The position numbers and the translations under genes were made by a program. A stretch of 64,000 nt of DNA from Oopsacas minuta (Eukaryota > Animalia > Porifera), in assembly GCA_024704765.1 (NCBI GenBank), contig JAKMXF010000133.1:372001-436000 (forward strand), given 5' to 3'. Shown here piece by piece: positions 11,801 to 23,800 of the stretch; position 1 is the stretch's first letter; each line of letters begins with the position of its first letter. The notes beneath the pieces were generated by a model, which saw only the letters and a list, made by a program, of their open reading frames with translations, searched no databases and was not told where the DNA came from.

Positions 11801-13953
11801 GCCTGTACATATAATATGATCCAATGCATAGACATCTAGACATCGTAACGAGATAACTTAGAACACAAACAAAGCTGCATTGTTCATTTTATCAGAAGAT
11901 TACCATGAGTAGCGACTAGATAGGCTTGGTGTAAAGAATTGTCAATAGATAGAGTATATGGCTGCTGCTAGCTGAGAAATAAGCAGAAACAAACAAACAG
12001 AATACATAATGTTTGTTTTTCAGGGTATGCACAAAAGAATAGTATTATATTAGTTAGTTCAAAGTGAATCTGCGAAAAAACTCACACTTCTACGCAATTA
12101 GTATACCTGAATAGAAACGCGGAAATTCACTTAAATTGCTGCATTCATAAGTCATATTTCTTAGATTAAAAGCTATAGAAAGACCTCTCTCTACATAGTA
12201 TTTATTGTAATGATATAATACAATGGATACATGAGTTTAATAGCAAAGGATTAGGATGACATACGTTATCATTTTCTCTGCTTTGCAAAGAATATTACTT
12301 GAGTAAATACAGTGTAACCGTCACTAACGCACACCCCCTGTGGAAACGGGGAACCTCTGGAATTGGAGGGAAAAACAATAAATAGAATGGATTCCTAGTC
12401 CCATACAAATGAACCGCCAAAAACGGGGAAACGGGTACCATTTTCGGCATTCCTGGCAACCCGTTTGTGGAGACTAGACTGCACATGCTCGGATATGAAG
12501 GAAGAAATAACAGTCCATGATGTAGCTGTCCATGTAACATTGTAAAATGATGGCATACAGATAAATATTCGAACTATATGCTATATCTGGTAACTATCAA
12601 GAGCCACACAAACAAAAACAATAAATAAATACAACTAACCTGTCTCGTCTAACCCATGAACAAACAGCCTCAAACACATCCTCCTCAGAAGATACACCTA
12701 GTTCATTACTCCCAATGAGTGATATAACTTGAGAATGAGTTAGATTCAGAAATTCATCTGATTTAACTACCATTGAGAAATTCTGCCAAGCATAACTACA
12801 CGCTTCTTGATATAGCTCACTACAGTCATGATGCTCAGCGAAATGAACAATACCCAGACAATTACAAGGATGTAAATGTTTAGCTAAATATTGACAGCAG
12901 GCGTCTTGTACTTCAGGTAATTGTAGCAGACCTGATGCCATTATAAGCAGAAGCACGTTTTGTTCGTTAATTTCAAGATTTCCACTGTAAGAGAACTGTA
13001 TTAGTGATTCTACTGCTGCTGAGTCCAGTTGCTAAATAAAAGATTAAATGAATTAAGTAATAGGTGTTTAGTAGAACCATGGATACCCTCATTCCGTTAT
13101 TGACAGTAATACAATTCAAGCTAATTTCTAGTGGAAACAATAGTAAGTAAGTAACACAGGTAGTCAAATATCTGATGAGTATTTCAAAACAATTTTCCAA
13201 ATATGCACTTCTAAATAAATCAGAGCATCTTCTAATTAGCTACTACCATCTAATCACACATTAAGTAAATTTTCAGGATACATGAGTAAGAGTTATCACA
13301 TACTTGTAGTTGTACAATGCTTTGTCTACTCTCAGAAAGATTACCAGTAAACATAGCTCTAAAGTAAGGGCTAGTAGCAGCTAGTACACACTTATGAGCA
13401 GGTAGATCCTGCTGGTCTACTCTCAGGACTACGTCACAGAGAAGAGAATCTTTACGCATTTCATCTAGTCTACTGAATGCCTAAAAAAGAACGTACAGTC
13501 AACTCCCGTTAGAAAGAAGGGACTGCGATATATAATTCCACCTAACTGATGATATTTATGCTACTTTTGAGACCAAATTTTGTACAATTTTAGACTTCAA
13601 AATAAGTGGGTGTTTATTACAAGGGGAGTTTGCTGTAATACATATACATGATACATTTTCGAAGTAAACATCCATGCCATTCATGGTTATGAGGAAAACC
13701 CGATAACCAAGAAATAAATAAATAAATAAATAGGTACCTGAGAGCAAATAACACTAGACTGATAGAAACAACTGGAACTAACAGGGGTGGGAGGATACAC
13801 GTGTTGCTGAGTAAAGAACTGACATGGAGAAGTAGCTAGAGATAAGGGAGCCAGGGTAGTAGAGGTTGTCACTGTATTAGCTCCTGAACTCATAAATGAA
13901 ATACGACGCTCACACTGAGGCCGGTCATCTTGATCTACATCCATCTCGGCCAT
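7640..13953 (-). CDS. KLHL2: Kelch-like BTB-BACK-Kelch protein, KLHL2/KLHL3 (Drosophila kelch) type; 4 exons (13953-13738, ~13480-13310, ~13032-12640, 8753-7640)
   Basis: BTB: LCDVVLRVDQQDLPAHKCVLAATSPYFRAMF. BACK: LHPCNCLGI. Kelch region VVGGQAPKAIR...RRSTLG...GYDGHARQCL...GHDGPDIR...GRSYAG closely resembles KLHL2/3. Splice phases are consistent (AG|A at 12640/8753). Confidence 0.92.
8834..8890. repeat. (AAT)19 microsatellite
   Basis: Perfect trinucleotide run inside the large KLHL intron. Confidence 0.97.
8935..9116. mobile_element. MITE family B copy 1 (CAGTGAAACCTCCACAAACGG-like TIR)
   Basis: Shares tggaaacg..aac.tctggaa and gtcccatacaaa with copies at 12310 and 44978; terminal inverted repeat cagtgtaactttaacaaacagg / cccgtttgtgtaggtttcact. 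Confidence 0.75.
9351..11633 (-). CDS. OCA2: P protein (OCA2, ArsB/NhaD-type transporter), intronless, nested in a KLHL intron; start may be the downstream ATG at 11582
   Basis: HRTVAAMLG, WIDYETVCLLFGMMIIV, SAFLDNVTT, SNIGGTATAIGDPPNVII, ASSFIDNIPFT, GACLGGNGTLIGASANVV; about 12 TM segments. Confidence 0.95.
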   Translation of the reverse strand: MYIYVEYTISLKLTTIIMNDSQFKRKKEVYLSFQRPAIGDTTISMDNKHMETSFSGEEEFLLPEAKPHSKKRLFKIPIIRMPNSKEDYHKIFRFTLATFLFLLIFCCAILLVYFPELESESYIIAVQGKEDYVTQIHDINSHGNYFVAELNGPFLSDECNYTRTRTGAQIYNQPNALYMNVLQHGRDGYNVTTFCVRLDTSHNGSFTVEDSTNRHVQKFQQQVNDTAEVAFYSTSKYTVAFGAKLSVVFSPNLEILYAALVLLFVYSMIIFEFVHRTVAAMLGSTLAIAILAILDKRPELEEIISWIDYETVCLLFGMMIIVGIIADTGFFDYFAIKAYRLSRGKVWPLIFILCMFAGVVSAFLDNVTTILLLTPVTIRLCQVLNIDPRPILLAEVMFSNIGGTATAIGDPPNVIIVSNKAIKREGIDFVNFTVHMAIGIFFCMVAAFFFLRLLYCRKVFKNNDSPHVAELKREKAIWLRQAKRIGDVTLEEKQVKDALLQKAKEVQARIKEEALGASTANKWKDNLRELEDKYRITNKVLLFKCCIVLFFVLSMFFMSASASVHLDLGWASLLGAILLIVWADIHDFEHLLEKVEWGTLLFFAALFVLMKALEEMGLIEFIGIKTKDLIEMVDSSNRLAVAVILILWVSALASSFIDNIPFTTAMTGVILKMAETSNDGESLPIKPLIWALAFGACLGGNGTLIGASANVVCVGIAEQNGYKITFFQFFRVGFPMMLFTTFIAMIYLVICHALIEWNYY
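12310..12481. mobile_element. MITE family B copy 2
   Basis: Same core motifs as 8935-9116, same orientation; ends ccgtttgtggagactagactg. Confidence 0.75.
13496..13535. mobile_element. MITE family A, truncated copy in a KLHL intron
   Basis: ta-cagtcaactcccgttag...aagggactgcgata matches the left end of the 27226 copy. Confidence 0.7.
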
Positions 13954-14837
13954 ACTGAATTATAAGTATTGCTTGATTGAATTATAAACACTAAATGGAG
14001 CTAAGCACTAATATCTGTTAGCGATATCACGGAGATTGATCGGGAGCTATGTGGGTTAGCCCACGAGGAAATTTATCAAACAATTATCAGGAAAAATGGT
14101 AAGATCCTTCTCCTACTTACTCAGTCGTGGGCTATACATCATAATATTTCAGGAAATCGTTATCTTAATATACAAGCTGTCAACCAGTTCTAAAATAACA
14201 TAACGGGGGATATAGTGTCATATGTAAATTATATGAATATATTAAAAGTTTAATAGTTATCAACGAGTACCAGCTAAACAGAAAGTACACTGGTTACTGG
14301 ATGATGAGCTAACCATGATTCAGGGGGAATACAACAACAGAAATGCATGACTGAGATGATTAAACCTTTGAAAAATAACATCCTATATCCAAGTCTAAAT
14401 ATGGTTTTGACAATACCTACAGTCGAGTCTGGCACTAAGTGCTTATGACCAGATCGCCAAAACTATGGTCAGAAATATCAAATCAACCGCTTCAATTATT
14501 AGAAGATATATTGCAAGATTTGTTGTCTAATTTCATTGACTTAATTAGAGGTAAAAACAGTTTGCATAATTATAGTAATTACTTCTGATCTGAAATCAAC
14601 GGAAAATATTATTTGAAATATTTTAGTATGAAAATGAGAAGAAACGAGAACATAAACATATATGTACGATAAATGAATTTTGGCAAAAATAACACATGTA
14701 TATGCATGTGAAAGAAACGTTGGGATATCACAATAGTACAATCTATTAAGAACTGTGCGCTGCAGCTAACTAATTGTCTAGCTAAAACCAGCTGTAAAAA
14801 TGGATAGAATAATAATTAATTCAAATATACAGAAAAG

Positions 14838-16106
14838 CTAAAAACACTGTAGAATATTATCAACCTTCTGATCACACACAATAATCCGGTTATTCTTATC
14901 TAATGCAATACCCATTGGTTTCTTAAGCTGACCTCTAAGCAAACCTTTCTGACTTATTTTTCCTAGAAGGAGACCTTCACGTGAAAATACTTTAATTTGA
15001 TGAGATGTTCTGTCTGTCAGAAGGAAATTATTTTTCTCATCTATACAGAAGAAATAACTCTCATAAATAAGATCGTCTCGTATTATAGCTTTGATAAAAG
15101 CACCTGTCATTGAAAAACATTGAAGAGGGTAACTGCAATTCGCGAAAAGAATATACAACACATTATCTACGATCTTAACATCAAACTGGTATGCATGATA
15201 CAAACCGTACTTGTCTTCTATCAGGTGCTCAGAGGTTAATTTGATCTTTTCCAGGGTAACTAATTCAGTGTCGAACACGTAGATATAATAATCTTCCAAC
15301 TCACAAACATACAAACGACCCTTGTAAAAATCAAGCCCTCTAATATCATGGTTAACTTTCTGCGAGCTCAATACATTGCTTTTAGTTGTCTCTAGCTTAA
15401 GAATCCAGTTGTCACATGTGACATAACAATGTGTACCGTGTGTTACGAGAGATCTGGGATGATTCGCAGTGACGTTAATACTTTTCATGTAATCACCGTC
15501 TTGGGTGAAAACCTGTACGCGATTATTGTTACAATCAGCAACGTATATTAACTCGGTATCAGGGTCTATTGTGATGCCAAATGGTGACTTTAGCTTATCT
15601 TGTTCAATTCCCTCTTTCCCAGACGACCAAACAGTTGTACGACGATAACTATACGGATGTTTCAGCTGTAAAATTTCGCAGAAATTTGCAACACATTCCT
15701 GCGCTTGATTTATATTCCATTTCAATTCAATCTCAGGCAACTCAACCTGTTCACCCAATAGTTCATCGATTTGTAATTGTATTTTATCTATAGTTTCTTT
15801 TAGAATTTCAACTAACTGATTATTCTCGAATATTTTCTCTGCATCGTGCTTAGCTTTTCTATAACGTTCTAGATTCTCTTTTTGTGCAGTTACATTTACA
15901 GAAGTAGTTTGAACGATTTCATCTATGCTAGCTAATAATAACTCTTCACGTCTATTCAGGTCTTCATGAAGTGTACGGAAATGGTCAGTGATCTCAATTT
16001 TACGTAACTCACCATCTGCCTGTAACATATCCAATTTGGTTTGTACATCTCCCAAATCTAATTCGCTCTCAGGTAGATTCGAAATCTTTTCTATATTGCA
16101 TGCCAT
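14838..16106 (-). CDS. Coiled-coil plus NHL-repeat (beta-propeller) protein, TRIM-NHL-like without RING/B-box; intronless
   Basis: LKSPFGITIDPDTELIYVADCNNNRVQVF and LKKPMGIALDKNNRIIVCDQ NHL repeats; N-terminal heptad coiled coil. Confidence 0.85.
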   Translation of the reverse strand: MACNIEKISNLPESELDLGDVQTKLDMLQADGELRKIEITDHFRTLHEDLNRREELLLASIDEIVQTTSVNVTAQKENLERYRKAKHDAEKIFENNQLVEILKETIDKIQLQIDELLGEQVELPEIELKWNINQAQECVANFCEILQLKHPYSYRRTTVWSSGKEGIEQDKLKSPFGITIDPDTELIYVADCNNNRVQVFTQDGDYMKSINVTANHPRSLVTHGTHCYVTCDNWILKLETTKSNVLSSQKVNHDIRGLDFYKGRLYVCELEDYYIYVFDTELVTLEKIKLTSEHLIEDKYGLYHAYQFDVKIVDNVLYILFANCSYPLQCFSMTGAFIKAIIRDDLIYESYFFCIDEKNNFLLTDRTSHQIKVFSREGLLLGKISQKGLLRGQLKKPMGIALDKNNRIIVCDQKVDNILQCF

Positions 16107-16717
16107 TACTGCTGATCCTTGCAGCTGACCCTAATAATTATTAAATTCAGTACACTCAAAATGAATTATCATCGGTTTGTTACCTTATTTGGAATTCGTA
16201 TCAACTGAATAATAATCATGGAAAAGCATAGAGGGTCACGACTTAACTTAGAATTATTTCTTATCAACTAGAGTCCACTGTGATTACATTTTTGTGGAGC
16301 AAAAATGCGAGATATTTATGAATTGAAAATTGACATACTTAAGAGCAACGCCTACCTAATTTACATATTACACATGTAGTACTCATAAATATTTAAATAA
16401 GTATATAGTAATGGCACAGACAATCTTCAAAATATCCTGAAATATGAGAATTCGTGACCGGTCTCAGAATATTTTTGCTGAATGACAAGAAACACACAGC
16501 ACCTTTTTAGGTAATATGAGATTTATGTAAAGTTCTTTTGACCCGATATTTAATTTCCCTGAATCATTCCACTTGAGTCGATATAGACAATAGTTACCTA
16601 AACTCCATATGTACCTACTACTCCAGTTCAAAAGGGAGTTAGAATTTAAAAGCCCCATAATCTTAAATTTATTGTATATTGAATAAGTGCTATTTTCGAG
16701 GTTAGAAAATTGAAGTG

Positions 16718-17518
16718 ATGGAACGACAAGGACACAACTCTTCTACGCAATTACTCCAATTGGGGACAGAAATTTTCAGCATACAAGATGGGCAGAACTA
16801 TATTGCAGCTAACTGGACTGGAATAGCGGGACTACTAATTTTCTACGTTATGGTCATAATGATTATACCCAAATACTTTCGTGGCAAGAGGGGGCTGAAT
16901 TTACGAAATTTCTCCATTTTTTATAATGCCCTTATGTGCCTCTTCAGTTTGTATGGAGCAAGTGCATTGAACTACCAGGCAAAGCATATTTTATCAAATC
17001 ATAACTTCTATCGTACGGTGTGTTCATGCGACTACTTCTTCAATTACCCTTCTGTATTAGCTACATTTCTATTTTCTTGGTCAAAACCTGTCGAGTTAAT
17101 TGACACTTTTATTCTCGTGTTTAGAGCCAAGACCCCAATATTCCTACATTGGTACCATCATGTTTCTGTCGTAATAGTAAGCATGAATAATTACGTGAAT
17201 CCACAACCGACAGGGCTATGGTGCGGCGTGATGAACTATTCTATTCATTTCCTAATGTATGGCTACTATGCCATTATGTTAACTCCAGGTAAAAAGTTAG
17301 TCTCTTCATTTTCAATCGCAATCACAACATTACAAATTCTACAAATGCTTTTAGCATTCATAATGCATTGCTACATCTTATACCAAATAATGACTGGTGG
17401 GTCATGTGACGCGACCATTGGATCAATCGTTATGACTGGGGGAGTGTATTTAACGTACGCATTCTTGTTCGGTAAATACTTCGTAGACAGATACAAGACG
17501 AAATCAAAGAAAGAATAA
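16718..17518 (+). CDS. Very-long-chain fatty acid elongase (ELO family, ELOVL6/3-like), intronless
   Basis: SKPVELIDT, FLHWYHH histidine box, MNYSIHFLMYGYY, TLQILQM, C-terminal KKE ER-retention signal. Confidence 0.93.
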   Translation: MERQGHNSSTQLLQLGTEIFSIQDGQNYIAANWTGIAGLLIFYVMVIMIIPKYFRGKRGLNLRNFSIFYNALMCLFSLYGASALNYQAKHILSNHNFYRTVCSCDYFFNYPSVLATFLFSWSKPVELIDTFILVFRAKTPIFLHWYHHVSVVIVSMNNYVNPQPTGLWCGVMNYSIHFLMYGYYAIMLTPGKKLVSSFSIAITTLQILQMLLAFIMHCYILYQIMTGGSCDATIGSIVMTGGVYLTYAFLFGKYFVDRYKTKSKKE

Positions 17519-17614
17519 CAGATGGATACAAAATCTTAGTTTCAAAATTAGACCAAGCCTCACCCTCCCGAATAGTTTTCAAAAGTCATTGTATATTAAT
17601 ATATTAGGAACCGT

Positions 17615-18928
17615 TTAGATTAGCCTATCATTAATTCGTAATAGTTGTATATACCAACTGTGTTCTTTACCGTATATTATTTCTATTGGGCGTTTCGCGA
17701 TTTCTAGCACTTGTTTAGCTTCCTTGCGTAGATTGAGTTGGGCCATCAACTCCGCTTGCCTTACAAATACTGTACTCAGGTCGTGTGAATAAATAGTTTC
17801 ATATTTTTGTGAAATTTCTATAAGTTGTTGGATATGTGAGAGAGCTTTTTCAATTTCGTTCAGTTCAATGTAAGCTTCGAATGTTAGTCTTAATACTAAC
17901 ACTTCAAATATGTCTGATTGTACGTCTTTGAATTCTAGGTCAATTATTGTAGAAGATAAATTCAAAAGATATCGGGAATTTCCATTCACATATTCTTCGT
18001 ATATTTTATCAAGTCTTGTCCATCGAGTTCTATCTTCTTCTATCAATTCCTCTTCAACACATCTCTGACACACGCAAGAGAAATGAGACTTCTCTTTCAG
18101 CTGAGATCTTCGTTCCCAAACAGGCTTTATAATATCGATATAATTGATAGTTAACTCTTCACCGCATATAATATCACGGCTTGCGACTAGTAGCACCTCT
18201 AACCCTCTGAAACAGTTTAAACAGTTAGGACGACAGGAATGGTTTAGAAGGGTCTGTTCTGGGAAGAGACCGGAGGAGACGGTCTCACAGTGATCTCCTT
18301 GAATAGCATTGGCATTTACCGCTAGCTTACAATGAACATCGAATACAGTATTATCTGTAATAATATATCCTCTGTCCCGTAAAAATGGCTTATAGGTTCT
18401 AGTGACGATTTCATACGTAGTATGTTTAGCATCATTCAGTTTTAGTTCGAGGAATTTATCTCTGTGTGATTCTAGCATTTCCAATTCAGGACACAGCTCT
18501 CTGTCTTGAATTCCTTGTTTGAGTTTCTCTATTTCATTCATTTCAAGGGTTCGTAGCACGAGTAGTGAATTTATCGGGAGAACTTTGGTGAAAATATCTA
18601 AACATGATTTAATATAATCACACTCTTTCTTATGCGACGGCCAAGCACTAACTTGACAGTCCTTACTGCAGTAACGTACATAGTTACACCGTGAGCACTT
18701 CTTCACTTCTTTCTTAAGACCGCATTTATTACAAAACTCTTGAATATGTTTCCCTGCTACAGCGGAACTAAATGGAACAGATCGGATTAGAATTGTGCCA
18801 GCTTCGAAATCTCTATCAGCTATCAGTCCTCTCCCCTTCTCATTAATAGCTACACTAATACCGTGCTGTTTTAAACGTTCTAAGATCCGTTTAGGGACAC
18901 ACAAATCGTCTGTATTTTCCTTTGCCAT
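17615..18928 (-). CDS. SET and MYND domain lysine methyltransferase (SMYD2/3-like), intronless
   Basis: GRGLIA, MYND finger CNKC...CSRC...YCSKDCQ..AWPSHKKEC, LNHSCRPNC, ELTINYID, post-SET CVCQRC, C-terminal TPR-like helices. Confidence 0.92.
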   Translation of the reverse strand: MAKENTDDLCVPKRILERLKQHGISVAINEKGRGLIADRDFEAGTILIRSVPFSSAVAGKHIQEFCNKCGLKKEVKKCSRCNYVRYCSKDCQVSAWPSHKKECDYIKSCLDIFTKVLPINSLLVLRTLEMNEIEKLKQGIQDRELCPELEMLESHRDKFLELKLNDAKHTTYEIVTRTYKPFLRDRGYIITDNTVFDVHCKLAVNANAIQGDHCETVSSGLFPEQTLLNHSCRPNCLNCFRGLEVLLVASRDIICGEELTINYIDIIKPVWERRSQLKEKSHFSCVCQRCVEEELIEEDRTRWTRLDKIYEEYVNGNSRYLLNLSSTIIDLEFKDVQSDIFEVLVLRLTFEAYIELNEIEKALSHIQQLIEISQKYETIYSHDLSTVFVRQAELMAQLNLRKEAKQVLEIAKRPIEIIYGKEHSWYIQLLRINDRLI

Positions 18929-19004
18929 TCCTATTGAAACCTCATAACGAACATGTTGTAGTTAGCTATAATGAATTAAATGACTAATCATGTAATAGCG
19001 TTAT

Positions 19005-19131
19005 GTAACTCTACAAGGGGAAGGGGTGGTATGCGGTGTGACAGCCCCATTCTTTTTGTGGTGAAAAAGCGTGACAAAAGAAGGGAAGAGGAGGGGGTTA
19101 AAATTTAGGGAATATGTTTAGCAATGGCCCC
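19005..19131. mobile_element. MITE family D copy 1 (GGGGC...GCCCC ends, Harbinger/Tourist-like), eroded
   Basis: Shares ctacaagg..agggg.tggtatgc...gtgacagccccattctttt and gagggggt.aaaattt with 19817-19965. Confidence 0.65.
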
Positions 19132-19816
19132 AATCCGTAACTAAAAGTAAATCTACTGTAAATAAGAAAAAAATTGGTTTTATTAACAATAAAAGTGGCA
19201 ATAGATTCCTGAAAAGTGAAATATTTACAATAAAATCTTGATAAGATCTTTATCTACATATGGATGTAGTTACATATGTCTGTAAAAATTGTTTACGAAT
19301 TATCTGTTGTTGATGTAAGAGATTAGAAACTTGTGAATCTGAAGCTTTTGTTGTTACTCTCACTAGACAGAACATCAATAATAGTGTGCAAATGATTAAT
19401 GTGGAATTGAACATTTTTCGTAAATATTTATGTGATTAAATTCGAGGTGATTATCTAATTTACTTGAGTTATACGACTAGTATTTATAGTAGTAGATATA
19501 GTAGAATGCCCTGATTACATCTTATCTGAACTGATCCACTTTAGTGTGAATAATCTAATCGTTATGAACAATATTGAAAGGGTTGGTAAGATAATTATAG
19601 ATTTGTTACAGCTAAACAGGAAATTTACTAGCAAAGTAGCAGAAATGAAATTAATAAATCTCTAATGACGATGAATTCTGTTTTGACGAATATAAAATAC
19701 TGAAAAATCTTCCTAAAATAAATACATACAAAGAACTCGGTTAGAAGTTCGTACTTTTCTCCAAAACGGATATCGCGGATTTCTATTATTAATTATATAG
19801 GAAGAATATTCGGAAA

Positions 19817-19965
19817 GGGGGCTGGCCAGACGTACTTCTACAAGGAGAGGGGGGTGGTATGCCAAATGTGACAGCCCCATTCTTTTGTATAACAAAATGG
19901 TGCAAAATAGTTACCAGGGAGTGGAGGGGGTCAAAATTTGCGATACGTAACGTTTGAACAGCCCC
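19817..19965. mobile_element. MITE family D copy 2
   Basis: TIR ggggctg...cagcccc followed by TAA; internal similarity to 19005-19131. Confidence 0.7.
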
Positions 19966-20825
19966 TAAGACGTAATTCGGTTACTACGTAGTACTAATTT
20001 TTGTTTCATGAGGGGACAGAGGGAGTCTTATTCGAGTTCAACTAGCTACTGTATTTAATAGTTAATGCATGTCATAACATCTGAGCAAGACAATGTGCGG
20101 GATATTATTTTGAAAGCTAATTAGGTTTTCGGCTGCTGACATATAGAAGTATAAATGCTTACGTAAACGTGACTTGTTAACAACTAAGCAAACTAGTCGA
20201 ACTTTGGCAAAAAAGAGAATACTAAATTGGTCAATGTGATTACTTTGTTTGTGGCTATCTATATGAGATGCACTAGTCTAACTTCAGAACAGAGTTACCT
20301 AACGAAAAAATTACTTGTCTAGAATTGAAGGGGCTCTCAATACAATCACGATTAGATTAAAGGGAAACTTTCGTATATATCTAATCATTTCCAAAAATAA
20401 ACCATAGAGGAAATAGGGTGTTTACTATTATATTATTAGTAAAATCATTCAATGATGAATTCATATATTGTAAGGCTTAATTACGAATTTCGAAGTAAAT
20501 CTATATTTGTATGAGACCGAATACATGCACAACATAGAAAAATTGTTGTGTGATCGGTCGTGGAGTTCAAACATGATGTTGTACACGAATAGCGACTAAT
20601 ATAATATTCTGTTGACGATAATAATATACCTTATCCAATTAGGATTACAACCCCTGATAATATTGAATAACTTCATTTATACAAAACACATAAGACTGCT
20701 ATGAGTCTTCAACACAATTAATGTTATTCATACATTAATGAACTATCTATAGTAGACTTTAAAATGCAAAGCAGACGAATTGATGGTGCTTTAAAGGAAA
20801 TGATGTTGTTGTTGTTTGTTTGTAA

Positions 20826-23800
20826 TTAATGTTTGCTTTTCTTCAAATCTTGCACTTTTGCAACTTTCTGGTTACAAAAGAAGCAATTTTCGCTATTCAA
20901 CAGATGCCTGGTGATGCACTCCTTACAGGTTGAATGTCCACACGGAGTGAATACAACAGAAATCGCATTAGCACAACAAATTGGACAAGAATCCTCATTA
21001 AATTGAGCTATAGCTTCAGTCGAATTACTTAGAGTTGAGTTCTGTTGTTTGAGTGTGGAAACAAAGCTGTTTAGCTCTAACAGCTCATCTTCACTGGTTA
21101 CTCCTATCTTCACTAAATATGGCCTAGTCTGTAGCTGCATATTTTCATGAGCAGCTTGCAATAACAATTCAACGCTTTTCATAGAAAACCCTGGAGCTGT
21201 TAGCAAGCACTTTATAGCATACGTATTTCTATCTTTACTCCCTCGTGTACATAGAGCTAGTATTACTCCTACTACTGCATATAATACTGCCATCTTCTCA
21301 ATACTCTCTACTCCAGGTAGTCTCAGACGTATTGCGTTATCAAACAGTGTTTGGTGAGCTGTAATACGGTTCCATACTTGTATCAATACTTCCATAAGTC
21401 TTTTGAGAGATATCTCCGCTATGCTTGACTTCTGATCTAAGAATAAAGCTGGACATTTACAAGACAGCATTTCTAATACTCTCAATAGACCTATAGTAAG
21501 ATGGTAGTAGGCAGTACATATGCGTAACTCTCTAGGGTTTAATGTTTGTTCATTTAAGAGAACAGCCTTATGTTGTAGCTCCTGTATAGTCTCTATAACC
21601 TCTGAGAATACAGAGTTCAACTGATTCAATATTCCGTTAATGAACTCTACTCGTGGGGTGTTCTCTTGGAGACAGATCTGAGCCAGCTGGTCCTGGAATA
21701 ATTGGGAAGGGCAAGAGGGTTGAAATTTAGGTAACATGAATTCGTACTCAGGGAGTACAGATATTGCATCATCAATAAGTGCTCCTGTTTGTTTGCCTTT
21801 GTAAACAAAACCATCACCTTTCCAGAACCTGACTAAAATACCAATTGGGTGGATACAGTTACGTTTATTGAAACTAGACATTAGAGTGAGTAACAGAGTT
21901 TTCCTACGATCAGCTGATTGAGTTTCCAACGCCTTCATTGTGTCTGAGAAACATAAAAACATCAACAGAGCTTCAAACAATTTCTCCTGTATATCAGGGT
22001 TTACAATTCTATCATCTCCACACAGCTGACAGAGAAGAGAAGCCATTTTACTCAAACATTCCGTGAACTCTGTTTGACCTTCTACACCAGCATCTGGTGA
22101 TATGAAGTACATGCGTAGAGCTCTGTATAGATGAACCATGGATATAATGTATACTTCAGGTAGAAAGGCCAGCTGTTGTCCTTGTGCTTCCTCATATTCT
22201 ATCGTATTCAGAATTATCCTAAACAGCCAGACTAGAGCTTCAAAGTTTTGTTTCGTAAAGGTGTGACCTTTGAGCCAGGTTACCATTTGTGCTGTCTCAA
22301 AACATTTCTTCTCAAACACCTGAAAATTAAAATAAATTAGACAAATAGACGCCTTACGGTTTCTCATATATTCTTGTATATTTTATGTCGGTTATAAGAA
22401 CATGTATTGCTACTCCCAAGGGGGTTCTTATAACCGGCATCTACTGTATTTTAAATTAGTACAATCTATTCACCTGTCTAGATAACTCAAGTTCTGATAT
22501 AACATCTGTGTGTAGAGTGTCTATAGAATTCAGTTTGCTTTGTGTATCAATAAGAGATTTAGAGAACTGATTTAGAGTAGAGAAATAGCTTCTAGACATA
22601 CTTAATGTGTGGTGAACAGCTGAGTGGTATAAGAACACAATACTGTCTAGTATGTTAGTCAAATCAGCTGGTAGAATGACTAGCTTTGGGCGGGTAGTTG
22701 TGATCTTTGATCCGACATCTACTTCCATAATTCCTGAATCTTGACTAAGTTTTATTTTCTTAACGCGGGCAGAAGAACGGAGCGGATATGAGGGTTCCTT
22801 TCTATTATTCGTCTGTTCTGTGTCTTGCTTTAATGTACGTTGTAAGAAAGTAAATATTCCACCACATCTGTAAGTAAATAAATTTATCAATACACATAAC
22901 AACTACAGATACTTATATATCCAAGTTTAAAATTGTACAAATATGGCCCCAAACCGTCGAAGTAGTTGTAGCGGTCCCTTGAGCTTCGATACACGGGAGT
23001 TTATTGTATAATGATTGATTAGTAGAATTCTAAATACATATACCTTGCCTGTTCTACAAAAGCATAATTCCCATCTCTGAAAGTAATATTCCCGTCTATT
23101 ATGATCTTCATCGAGTGTTTATTATCACCATGATAAGCACCAAAATCTCTTGTAAGCAGTTTAATAAGAGTTAATGAAGTGAGGAAGAATACAGTTGAGT
23201 ACACTGTAGAGTGAAAGCCTTCAGTTAAGCTCTTAGAGCGAATTAACTTCTGTTCTACCAATTGCTTAAGAGAAAGAGAGAAATGATATTTGTTAGAATT
23301 ATTGCCATTAACCGTTAGATCATCATCTACTGTGTGTATGAAATTATTCGAGTTAGCGATACAATCTCCAAATAGAATTCTATCCATAATATCAGATTGT
23401 AAGCTCTGTAGCTCTCTTAACATAGTGTGGAGATCTTTAGATGTTTGTTTATGAGAATCACTCATGTCAAACGGTGCTCTATCCCACCATACATTAGGGA
23501 GAGCTTTGTTAAGATCATCCTACATAGAAAGTAATACAAATAAGGTAGGATATCTAAATAAAACAAGATATCCCACAGAGTATCTATAGCCAAATACCTG
23601 AGAAGGATACCTGACATGTAATATGTAAGTTATTCTCTCTAGAAAGTTAGGAGACTTAATCAACAGATTTAGAGTCTTCTCGTGACTCAGTAGCTTCTTA
23701 GCAAACTGCATCCAGCTCATCTTCTCACGTGATGACGTCAAAGGACAACAGCTGAGACCTACAATAGACAGTAACCAGAAAGTTTCACTTAGAATCTGTT

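Noticed and set aside
19300-19700. Coding-like fragments between SMYD and RNF123
   Set aside because: Short open stretches without recognisable similarity in AT-rich DNA; insufficient evidence for a pseudogene.
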